Assembly (NCBI GenBank): GCA_020697295.1
Contig: JAJFBF010000005.1
Location: forward strand, 13,994 to 77,993
Length of the DNA stretch: 64,000 nucleotides
Reading direction: 5' to 3'
Origin: Moraxellaceae bacterium
Lineage (GTDB): Bacteria; Pseudomonadota; Gammaproteobacteria; Pseudomonadales; Moraxellaceae
Shown: positions 10,319 to 18,507 of the stretch, piece by piece
Numbering within the stretch: position 1 is the stretch's first letter
How the letters are laid out: each line of letters begins with the position of its first letter
Notes under the pieces: generated by a model
What the model was told of the DNA's origin: nothing
The model's input: the letters and a program-made list of their open reading frames with translations, nothing else
The model's database searches: none
Position numbers and translations under genes: made by a program

Positions 10319-11875
10319 TCAGGCATCAGTTGCCGGCATGATGTGCTTAGAGAGCATCAGGCGGAGGTCAAGCAGAGTCTCCCGATCTGCTGCCAACGCA
10401 CTGAGGCCGGATCGAAGCTCGTCTTGGTGCCGTCTCAATCGGGCCAGGTCATCGGCAAACAGTGACGTCACCACGGTATCGACCTGCTCTGCGAGGCTCT
10501 GCTCAAGCTGTTCCGCCAAGGCGCCGGCCTGTTGGTGGCAGTGCAAGGCGCGGCGTTGCTCCATCTCGTTCTGCCGGGCCTGTTGATTCTGCGCAAGGAA
10601 GACCTCAAAGACGGCGGCAAGGCCGCGGATCAGTGGACCGAAGCGCTTCAGCCATTCTCGCGAGCTCTTCAGAAAGGGCTGCAGCCACTTGAGATTGGCG
10701 AGCGTCTTGGGGATAAGCGTGTGGTCGACGCCCTTTGCAAACTCAACCGCCTGCCGCGCAAGGCCTGCGCCGCCATCCTTGCCGGCCCCGCCTTGAAGTT
10801 CGCTGGCGAGCTGCTGCCAGTCCAGGCTGCTCTCGAGTACCAGGCTTCCTCCACTCTTGATATCGCTAGTCAGCCACTCTTCCACCTGGCGCGCAGCGTC
10901 GGTGCAAGCTGACACAATCCGGTCTTCGACCGATTCGCCGGCCATGGCAGCCTCCACTGCTGCGCGCAGCGGGCCGCGCTGAATGTTCACGGCACGAGTC
11001 ACTTGGTTGCGAGCGGCGAGATGCAACAGGTTGCTGCTCGTCTCGATGCCGGCCATCGCGCGCGTCGCCTCGTCCAGCTTCTTATTGGCATCATTGCCGA
11101 TGTGGCTTTCAATGGCGGTCAGGGCGGGCGTTACCAGACGGCCTTCGACCTGCTGGCAGTAGGCCGCTAAACGTTGCTGCTCGCCCTTGTAGCGCTGCAG
11201 CCAATTTCCGAATGTGACAAGAAAAGCCTCATAGCCCGAGTGCGTCAGAAGCGCTGGCTTATTGCCGAGTCGTGCGCGCATGGCCGAATCAGCGTTCACC
11301 GTAATCACGGGTAGCTCTTCCAGGATGGCGCTACTGACGTTGGCGCTATTGGCGCTGGCGAGCAGCAGGGAGTTGGTTCGGTCGAGAACCCGCGCGACGT
11401 CATCAGCGTCGGTGCTGCGCGGGTTGATGACGAGGAATACCTTCTTACCAGACTTCACCAAGTCCAGAAGGCGGACATAGACGTCCTGTACATCCTGGTC
11501 TTCGTCCGAGATGACGCAGAGGATGAGGTCACTGCGCTCGATTTCCGCCTGGGTAGCCCTTTCGTGCTCGATCGGGGCGTTGACGCCTGGCGAATCCAGC
11601 AGCACATGGCCGTTCCAGTCATAACGGTCAATGCGATCCGTCGTGGGAATGTCGCCGACCCGGGCCTCATCTCGGCCGAGCAGCGCGTTGATCAAGGTGC
11701 TCTTGCCGGCATTGTAGGCGCCGAACACCAGGACATTGAGTCGCTGTTCCTGGCTGCGCGTGTGAAGATCGGCAAGAGTTACCTCCGCCTGTGAGCCCAA
11801 GGCGCGCTGGAACAGCGGTGCCAATTCCACGAGTTGGGTGTCGATCTTCTCAAAGGGACTATTCATGTAGGGCAT
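10319..11875 (-). CDS. dynamin-like P-loop GTPase
   Basis: G1 VFGAYNAGKSTLINALLG, G3 LLDSPGV, long helical C-terminus. Start at 11875 or ATG at 11866, either of which overlaps the upstream gene end. Confidence 0.85.
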   Translation of the reverse strand: MPYMNSPFEKIDTQLVELAPLFQRALGSQAEVTLADLHTRSQEQRLNVLVFGAYNAGKSTLINALLGRDEARVGDIPTTDRIDRYDWNGHVLLDSPGVNAPIEHERATQAEIERSDLILCVISDEDQDVQDVYVRLLDLVKSGKKVFLVINPRSTDADDVARVLDRTNSLLLASANSANVSSAILEELPVITVNADSAMRARLGNKPALLTHSGYEAFLVTFGNWLQRYKGEQQRLAAYCQQVEGRLVTPALTAIESHIGNDANKKLDEATRAMAGIETSSNLLHLAARNQVTRAVNIQRGPLRAAVEAAMAGESVEDRIVSACTDAARQVEEWLTSDIKSGGSLVLESSLDWQQLASELQGGAGKDGGAGLARQAVEFAKGVDHTLIPKTLANLKWLQPFLKSSREWLKRFGPLIRGLAAVFEVFLAQNQQARQNEMEQRRALHCHQQAGALAEQLEQSLAEQVDTVVTSLFADDLARLRRHQDELRSGLSALAADRETLLDLRLMLSKHIMPATDA

Positions 11876-13547
11876 CCTTCGCCTTCTTCAGGCGCTCTTC
11901 AAATGTTGTGATGTGCTCGTTCAGTTCGGCGGCATGGCCTCTCAAGCGATCGATTGATTCGATACAGTTGTCGATGACGCGGTTGACCTCCTTCGGCACA
12001 ATCGTCTCGAGAAGCGACTGGACGCGCTCCAGAATTTCCTCAGAGGTCACGCCAACCACCTTGGTTTCCCATCGCTCTTCGACAAACCGATCGCCTACCT
12101 TGCTCCCCAGCCAACCTCCGACTAGGCCGCCGACGAAGGTTCCGATGACGGGAATAGGCACCAGAGTGCCGACGGCAGCCCCTAGCATCGCGCCTGCGCC
12201 GGCCGCCGCGGCACGGCTTCCGCTGCCGCTGACCACACGGATGTCGTAACTGTTCTCTGTGAAGCTGCCGATGTCGGCGCTGGAGAGATCGACCAGGATC
12301 TGGTCGATGTTCTTCAGGTACTGGGAGAGGGTTTCCTGCAGCCGTTTGTTGATGCTCTCGACAAGAACATTAGAAATGGCGTGACGAAGCGTGACCACAT
12401 CCTGTTGACCCTTCGTCTTTTCGATAAGCATCGGAAGAGACGCCAGAACATCCGCCATGACTTGTCGGGCCACCGTCTTGCGTTGATGATCAAGCGCCTT
12501 GACTTGTTCACTGGCTTGGCGGGAGAGGTCGGCGATGCGCGGCTGCAGTTGATCATGGATGGTGCCAAGCACCTGGTTTTCCAGATAATTAATCACCTGC
12601 CGCGTGGCCTTGGTCGCCTTGTAGGTCTGCGCGTCGGCAACGCGGTTGGCCAGTTGGGCGAATAGAAGGTCCATGCCGCTGTCTGCAAATCGGCCATCGC
12701 GTTCCGGGTTGCGACGGCAGTAGCGGACGGATATCGATACCGGCGACATGAGGGAGGTGGCGTGCGCGCCGAGCTTGGCGCTGGCACGAGCATGCACATC
12801 GGCCTCCTGGCCGGCCCGACGCGTCTCAGACTTGAGCTCCAGCACCGAAATGATAGCGCCATCGACCTCGTCTTCAACATTGACGTCGCTTTTGGTTATT
12901 ACGGGTAGCAGCGGCTTTCCACGCTCAATCTCGTCCTTGAGGTCGTCAAGCTCCTGCACCTGTCCGGGAGCGACAGAGCTCGTTACCCATAGCACTACGT
13001 CGGCGCTATCGGTAAAGCGGCGAGTGAGGTCGCCATTCTCGCTGGTCACTGAGTGCAAGCCAGGGGAGTCCAGCAGGACTAGTCGCTGTCCGAGGCGAAC
13101 CCCCTGGATGCGAGCAGTGGTTTCAGTGGCACCCTCTGCAAACTCTTCTTCAGTGTCAATGAGCTTTCCATTTTCCAGATAAAAGTACTGGACTTTTTCT
13201 TGTGTAAACTGCCGGGCAACAAAGTTGCCGAATGAGCTCTTTCCGCAGTTAACCTTTCCAAAGACGAGAATGATGACCTGGTCGCCGAAGGTGGAAGAAA
13301 GTTCGCGCATGGGTGCGGCAGCATCCCATCTGCCAACGACTTCTTCAATAATAGTGGTAATGTTACGACCAACTTCCCGCGCCAATTTTCCCAGTTCGTT
13401 GTCATCCGCGAGGCGGCTGGTCGAAGTGGTTTTTCGAAGACCCTGTATCAGCTCCTCCCGGAGTGGAATCAGGCGGGCCTCGGCAGCACCAATATCATCA
13501 AAACGTGCGGTGAAGCTGGAAAGTGCCTCAATAAATGCCGCTCTCAC
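11859..13547 (-). CDS. dynamin-like GTPase with C-terminal glycine-zipper membrane hairpin
   Basis: G1 VFGKVNCGKSSFGN, G3 LLDSPGL, G4 ITKSD. Hydrophobic segment GAGAMLGAAVGTLVPIPVIGTFVGGLVGGWLG. GTG at 13547 is preceded by GGAGGA. The ORF track start is 13601. Confidence 0.85.
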   Translation of the reverse strand: MRAAFIEALSSFTARFDDIGAAEARLIPLREELIQGLRKTTSTSRLADDNELGKLAREVGRNITTIIEEVVGRWDAAAPMRELSSTFGDQVIILVFGKVNCGKSSFGNFVARQFTQEKVQYFYLENGKLIDTEEEFAEGATETTARIQGVRLGQRLVLLDSPGLHSVTSENGDLTRRFTDSADVVLWVTSSVAPGQVQELDDLKDEIERGKPLLPVITKSDVNVEDEVDGAIISVLELKSETRRAGQEADVHARASAKLGAHATSLMSPVSISVRYCRRNPERDGRFADSGMDLLFAQLANRVADAQTYKATKATRQVINYLENQVLGTIHDQLQPRIADLSRQASEQVKALDHQRKTVARQVMADVLASLPMLIEKTKGQQDVVTLRHAISNVLVESINKRLQETLSQYLKNIDQILVDLSSADIGSFTENSYDIRVVSGSGSRAAAAGAGAMLGAAVGTLVPIPVIGTFVGGLVGGWLGSKVGDRFVEERWETKVVGVTSEEILERVQSLLETIVPKEVNRVIDNCIESIDRLRGHAAELNEHITTFEERLKKAKDALHE

Positions 13548-13917
13548 GGAGATCCTCCAGGAATTTAATGGCTGCGTTCTCACGCTCGGCCAGGGTTGCA
13601 AGACTGCTTATTTCTGCCTGCTGCTCGGCTCTTTCTGGGAGTGCCAGATAGGCAGCATGAAGTTGGCTCTCAAAGCGGTCAGGGTTATGAATCAAGGATT
13701 CTGCGCTAAAGCCGGCGGCAGGGACCTGGTATGACGCCAGCAATGCGGTCAGGTGCAGGCTGAGTTCGTCGACTACGGCTCGCCTGCGAGCCGCATGGCC
13801 CTCATCTTCCAGGCAGAAGGCGACACGAAGCTCCGTCATGACGTCCTGAAGATCACTGTTCGCTTTAACCCGCGGAATCCCCTGCAAAGTATCGAGAACT
13901 AGTCGAGCGAATGTCAT
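13528..13917 (-). CDS. small helical hypothetical protein
   Basis: 129-aa ORF. Its start forms an ATGA overlap with the upstream GTPase stop (13914-13917). Confidence 0.6.
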   Translation of the reverse strand: MTFARLVLDTLQGIPRVKANSDLQDVMTELRVAFCLEDEGHAARRRAVVDELSLHLTALLASYQVPAAGFSAESLIHNPDRFESQLHAAYLALPERAEQQAEISSLATLAERENAAIKFLEDLRESGIY

Positions 13918-14738
13918 AGCGCCGCCACCTTTTTGCGCGTCTCAAGGAGTAGCTCCGTTACTTGCAGCTGGAATCCGAGTTTTTTGAGGGCAAAAGACGA
14001 CTCGACGACCTCTAGGCGTGTCCGATGCAGCGAAAGGTTGGTGCTAAGCCGATCCAGCAATTGTGTGCGTAGGCGCTGAATTTCAGCTTTCTTGTTGTCG
14101 GCATGACCCTCCAGCCAGACTGCAATCTGTGCTTTGAGCGGCACGAAGCCTGAAGCTTCGGACAGACGTTGCTTACCTTCGATCTTGCCGCGGACATACC
14201 GAGTGGAAGAGACCTCCATTATTGGAATGCTGAGTGAGCCCACCTGACGGGAAATAACCTGGAGCGTCTGCGTCAGCGCTCCTTCATCGACGTTGTCGAC
14301 GCAGCTGATGACAAGCAGTGCTCGGTCGGTTCGGCCGGCAGCAGCAAGGGCACGCAGAAAATCTGCTTCGCACTGGTCAAGTTCGCCGTCGACGGCGCTA
14401 TGAACGACCAACAGGGCATCCGCTCCCGTATATGCAACCTGGCGCGCAAGATGGTCATCATGCCCAGCCACGTCAGCGTCCAGCCCGGGTGTATCGATCC
14501 AGGTGATTCCATTGGATTCATATCGGCGCACCTCCGTGGTTTCACGCTTGTCAGATGCCTTGAAAACATCCTTGCCTATCAGGGCATTGAGAAGTGAGCT
14601 CTTGCCATGGTTGTACTTTCCAACTACGGCAATCCGTGGAACAGAGGCATCTTCCACAAGCTGACGCAGTTGATCTACCTGGTCGGCCTCGTCTGGTAAA
14701 AGGTCTTCTAGCTCACCATAGGGATCGGTCTGTCTCAT
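13914..14738 (-). CDS. small P-loop GTPase (dynamin/Era-like G domain)
   Basis: G1 VVGKYNHGKSSLLNALIG, G3 IDTPGLD. ATGA overlap with the upstream gene (14735-14738). Confidence 0.85.
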   Translation of the reverse strand: MRQTDPYGELEDLLPDEADQVDQLRQLVEDASVPRIAVVGKYNHGKSSLLNALIGKDVFKASDKRETTEVRRYESNGITWIDTPGLDADVAGHDDHLARQVAYTGADALLVVHSAVDGELDQCEADFLRALAAAGRTDRALLVISCVDNVDEGALTQTLQVISRQVGSLSIPIMEVSSTRYVRGKIEGKQRLSEASGFVPLKAQIAVWLEGHADNKKAEIQRLRTQLLDRLSTNLSLHRTRLEVVESSFALKKLGFQLQVTELLLETRKKVAAL

Positions 14739-15196
14739 ACGAGATCTTCCTCAAGATTTGTCAGAAATGCCTCGGCAGCCTCAAGGCGGCGGATGCGCAG
14801 ACGCAGTTGCCGCCGCCCACGGTCAATGGCCTTCATGGCGGGAGTCTCAAGGTAGTCCTCTACAAGAATGGCCTCTGCAGCCCAAGGATCACCCAGTAGC
14901 ATGCTGACGTCATGCCGGCATTCGCCCATTTCATGCCCGGCGAGGAGGGCAGTTAGTCTGGGACTTAGGTGATTCAGCAGGTTACGGGCATGGGCTTCCC
15001 TTCGGGCCCTGGCATTGGTGGCGCGTGCGCGACGTCTTGCTTTTTCTTCCTCAGCATCATCATCATCATCGCTGCCAGAGGCAGCTGCAGCGGTCAGTAG
15101 TGCAGCAACCCCCGCACCAATAAGCCAGAACGGCAATGGCATGTCCTTTTGCTCCTGTGAGAAACCTCCTAAAGAGGTCAGTCGATAAGACGACAT
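14735..15196 (-). CDS. small single-pass membrane protein
   Basis: 153-aa ORF with TM segment LPFWLIGAGVAALLTAAAA followed by DDDDDAEEE and an Arg-rich helix. An alternative ATG at 15142 has AGGAG upstream. Confidence 0.6.
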   Translation of the reverse strand: MSSYRLTSLGGFSQEQKDMPLPFWLIGAGVAALLTAAAASGSDDDDDAEEEKARRRARATNARARREAHARNLLNHLSPRLTALLAGHEMGECRHDVSMLLGDPWAAEAILVEDYLETPAMKAIDRGRRQLRLRIRRLEAAEAFLTNLEEDLV

Positions 15197-15412
15197 ATCC
15201 GCGACATTTTGTGTCGCTTGTGATCTTCGCGAGATAGCTAAGCTCGTCTGATACTATTTTTGCATCTAGGTTACAGTACTGGTGACTTCAAGCTATGGGG
15301 TGTGGCTTGGCTGGGTTTTAGCCGGCAATCCGTATTATCCGCAAGGCAAAAAAGGCCGTGGTCCTGTTGACGGGAAAAGTTGGCAGTCATGGGCGTGAGC
15401 CGTAAGGTCTAA

Positions 15413-17134
15413 TCAATGTGACTGAGCCGCATACCGCCCAATCGCCACCCCCGCCGCCCCCGTATGCAACACATCCAGACTGAACGTCGCCCGCGTCATC
15501 CCGCAATACAGTAGGTTCCGAGTCCGCTCCGTGATCTCCTCAAAATCCAGGTCAATCAGGATCACGGCCTTCGCCTGCTGCCCCTTGAACCGGAACAGGG
15601 TTTCGCAGCGCAGCTCACCTTCGGAAAACACGGGCTGGCCATTCGCCTCGTAGGTGCCGGTAAAGGTCTTCACCCGCAGGCCGGCCACGGTGTCATCGCC
15701 CAGAGCGCTCTTGCCGCGTCCCTTCAAGCTCACAATGGCCAGGTCTTCCGGCGCAAAACGCGCAAGCTGCTCCTGCACCACCCGTTGCAGGGTCTCGTGG
15801 AAAGTGTCGCCGTTATGCTGGTGAAAGCGCGGTTCTTCCCCGGCAATCGGGTTGGCCGCGGTCATGCCCGGCAGGTGTAGGAGAGGCGACAAGAGTTCGG
15901 CAATGCGGCGCGGTGAACGGTAGTTCCGGTCCAGGTGAAGGTGGACGGTGCCGGCGTGCTGATAGTCCCGCTCCTGCAGGCGCTGGTAAGGATCTTCCAG
16001 CCAAATCAGTTCGCCGCCCTCGCGCAGGAAATGGCGGGCGGTGGCGGCCATCTCCGCATCAAAGTCCTGGCCTTCGTCCACAATCAGCACGTCAAAGCGC
16101 CAGTCTTCCGGCAGCGGATGGGCGAGTACGGCCTGCCGCAATTCCATGAAGAAGTCCGGGCCCTGTTCGCCAAAGGCCGGCAGCTCGCCGCGGGCCTCCA
16201 GCACTTCGCGCACCAGATGGTCGAGGTTGGCGACATGGCAGCCTGCCGGGAAGAAAGGCCGCAATGCATCGGCCAGCGGACGGTTGAAGCAGGTGTAGAG
16301 CGGGCGCAGGCCGCGGGACAGGGCCCGCTGCGCCAGGTGCCGGGCGAGCTGGGTCTTGCCGGAGCCGGCGCAACCGGTGACATGCAGCGACCAGGGCTGG
16401 AAGGACAGTCGATCCACCCACTCGCCAAGCTCGGTGGCAAAGCCGCGATAGACGGCCTGCTGGCGCTCCATGGAGGCGCCGAGGTCGGGCGCCAGGTCGA
16501 GTTCGCCCAGGAGGAAATTGACGACGTCGCTGACATGGTCGGGGGAGGTGGGCTTGTCGGCATGGATCTCCTGCACGATCTCGCCCAGACGCTCCATCTG
16601 CGTGCTGTCGATGATGCGCTGGGGATTGAGCTGCAGGCCCTGGTAGGAGCGCAGGTGATAGTCCGGGCAGACGAGCAGGTAGTCGACGGCAATCGAGCTA
16701 CGGCCCTGGTAACGGTACTTCAGGGCATTCTTCACCACTGACACCGAGTTCATGATCTGCTGGCCCACATCCTTGCCCGGGTTCTCCGCGTAGCTTTTCA
16801 GCAGGCGGCCTTGCTCGTCGACCATGAGGCCGCCGTTCTTCTGCTCGATGATGATGAGGTCGCCGGAAGGGGCGACGATGCAGAAGTCGATCTCGCCGAA
16901 CTTGCTCTTGCGCTTGCTGGAGAGGGTGACCCAGCTCAGGTTGGGGAAGATGGCGTAGCGGTCGGGGAGGGCGGCGGCGAGGCGGTCCAGCATGTCGCGC
17001 TCGGCGTCGTGCATGAAGGCGGCGCGCAGTTCCTGCCAGTTTTCGGGGTAGATGGTGGCCATGAGTCCCTTCGGGCGGCTGTCCTTGTTGTTATTGAACC
17101 CCGCCGTAGAGCCGTTCTTTGGCAGGGGCTTCAT
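15413..17134 (-). CDS. NERD-domain / UvrD-like SF1 helicase fusion
   Basis: NERD: FGEIDFCIVAPSGDLIIIEQKNG. Helicase: VTGCAGSGKTQLA, LIVDEGQDF, C-terminal FKGQQAKAVILID...LLYCGMTRA. Start ATG at 17134 with GGGAG SD. The ORF track start at 17323 is probably too long. Confidence 0.85.
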   Translation of the reverse strand: MKPLPKNGSTAGFNNNKDSRPKGLMATIYPENWQELRAAFMHDAERDMLDRLAAALPDRYAIFPNLSWVTLSSKRKSKFGEIDFCIVAPSGDLIIIEQKNGGLMVDEQGRLLKSYAENPGKDVGQQIMNSVSVVKNALKYRYQGRSSIAVDYLLVCPDYHLRSYQGLQLNPQRIIDSTQMERLGEIVQEIHADKPTSPDHVSDVVNFLLGELDLAPDLGASMERQQAVYRGFATELGEWVDRLSFQPWSLHVTGCAGSGKTQLARHLAQRALSRGLRPLYTCFNRPLADALRPFFPAGCHVANLDHLVREVLEARGELPAFGEQGPDFFMELRQAVLAHPLPEDWRFDVLIVDEGQDFDAEMAATARHFLREGGELIWLEDPYQRLQERDYQHAGTVHLHLDRNYRSPRRIAELLSPLLHLPGMTAANPIAGEEPRFHQHNGDTFHETLQRVVQEQLARFAPEDLAIVSLKGRGKSALGDDTVAGLRVKTFTGTYEANGQPVFSEGELRCETLFRFKGQQAKAVILIDLDFEEITERTRNLLYCGMTRATFSLDVLHTGAAGVAIGRYAAQSH

Positions 17135-17228
17135 CGTATGACTCCCTCGAAGGGAGTACACCTTGCGGCCGACGATTGCCCGTTTGGGGCCGCTGGACTG
17201 CAGGGGGGCATGCATATGTATTCGATGG

Positions 17229-17735
17229 CTACATGTCCGCCTGGAGGCTCTCGTCGCCGGACAGGGAAAGGCTTTGCGCCCAGTCGGCGGAATCCGGCTC
17301 GGCCAACCAGCAGAGGCTGTCATGCCGGCTGCCCGCCACTCCCTGCCAGCCTTCCGCCGTCAGAATGGGCGGAGCGACAAACCATTCGCGCACCTCGCCG
17401 TCGGGATTGACCGTCAAGGCGCATCTGTCTGCCGCCAGCGCTATCCGTAAGCCGCGAATGACCTGTGGCCGGTGCCGGAAGCCGTTGTCGTCCAGACAGT
17501 CCGGGCCGGTGACGCCCTGTAGCTGCCAGCAGTCGTCAAGCGGCGTGGCCTGACCGATGATGAAGTGCTGGCCGCGCACGTCCCAATGCGCCATGCCCTT
17601 GTCATCTTCCTGCAGGCGCGGCTTGTCCTCGCAGGCGATAACCTGACCCTGGGGCTGGTAGGTGATCCAGTTCACCCATAGTGGCAGCTTCTGGATAACG
17701 TCGGCGACCAGGAGGCGTGGGTGCTCGATTTTCAT
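17229..17735 (-). CDS. hypothetical protein upstream of the NERD helicase
   Basis: 169 aa from ATG at 17735 (AGGAA SD). The longer ORF (to 18161) has an Arg/Pro-rich, non-coding-looking N-terminus. Confidence 0.5.
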   Translation of the reverse strand: MKIEHPRLLVADVIQKLPLWVNWITYQPQGQVIACEDKPRLQEDDKGMAHWDVRGQHFIIGQATPLDDCWQLQGVTGPDCLDDNGFRHRPQVIRGLRIALAADRCALTVNPDGEVREWFVAPPILTAEGWQGVAGSRHDSLCWLAEPDSADWAQSLSLSGDESLQADM

Positions 17736-17920
17736 AGGGATTTCCTGGCGCAGATTGCTGCGCAGTTTTATAAGCGGCAATCTCGGACTGTCTGCCCGGG
17801 ATGCGACAACATGCGCCGTATTGGCCGGGAACCAGGAGGCAAGGGCAGGCTGGATAAGCGACAAATACTGACGCATGGCCATGTTGTGATTGTCACCTGC
17901 TCTCCACCTCCGGAATTTCC

Positions 17921-18379
17921 ATGACCGATGCCGGTTCCACACACACCCTGCACTGGCGAAGCTATTGGCGCCGGGCGCCCCTATCCCTGCAGGCCATGCT
18001 GGGCGACCGCGAGGAGGAGGGGCTGGCCGAGGTACTGGCCCTGCTGCGCGAACGCCCCGCTGCCGCATTTGTTGTGCAGCAGCCATCGGTGGCCGCCGGG
18101 TTGCAGGCAAGGATTCGTGATGGCGGCTTCGGCCTGGTTCGCCTGGAGGCTGCGTTGGCATCCGCCCCGGCAGCGGGAAAGGCCGGGCCGACAGTGGTCA
18201 CTGTGCTGCTGCTCGTGGGGCCGGCTGATGTTGCCGTTGCGACGGCCGTGGAAGCGGCGGCCCTCGGTATTGCGCGTGCCTGCGGGCAGCCCTGGATCAG
18301 GCTCAATCCCGGCGACGACACTACCACGCGCCTCGATGCGCTGGCCCGCCAGGTGCTGGACGCTCCGGCCCCCAACTAG
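17921..18379 (+). CDS. hypothetical protein
   Basis: 152-aa ORF with Ala-rich beta-alpha-beta-like segments (VVTVLLLVGPADVAVATAVEAAALGIARACG). A competing overlapping frame exists, so this is weak. Confidence 0.35.
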   Translation: MTDAGSTHTLHWRSYWRRAPLSLQAMLGDREEEGLAEVLALLRERPAAAFVVQQPSVAAGLQARIRDGGFGLVRLEAALASAPAAGKAGPTVVTVLLLVGPADVAVATAVEAAALGIARACGQPWIRLNPGDDTTTRLDALARQVLDAPAPN

Positions 18380-18434
18380 TCCGCTCCACTGCCAATAACC
18401 TGCCCGGCAGCTCGCGATTCCCTCCGACTAACCT

Positions 18435-18462
18435 CCTGTAGGTCGGGATTCATCCCGACAAA
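18435..18462. repeat. REP-like palindromic element, copy 1
   Basis: cctgtagGTCGGGATTCATCCCGACaaa. Perfect 7-bp arms, intergenic. Confidence 0.7.
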
Positions 18463-18507
18463 CACCTCGCCGGGCTGCCCACCGGGCCAGGCTCTCAGCA
18501 TGCAGCG

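Noticed and set aside
17135-17323. Upstream extension of the NERD-helicase ORF
   Set aside because: Pro/Arg/Ser-rich leader. The ATG at 17134 has a proper SD.
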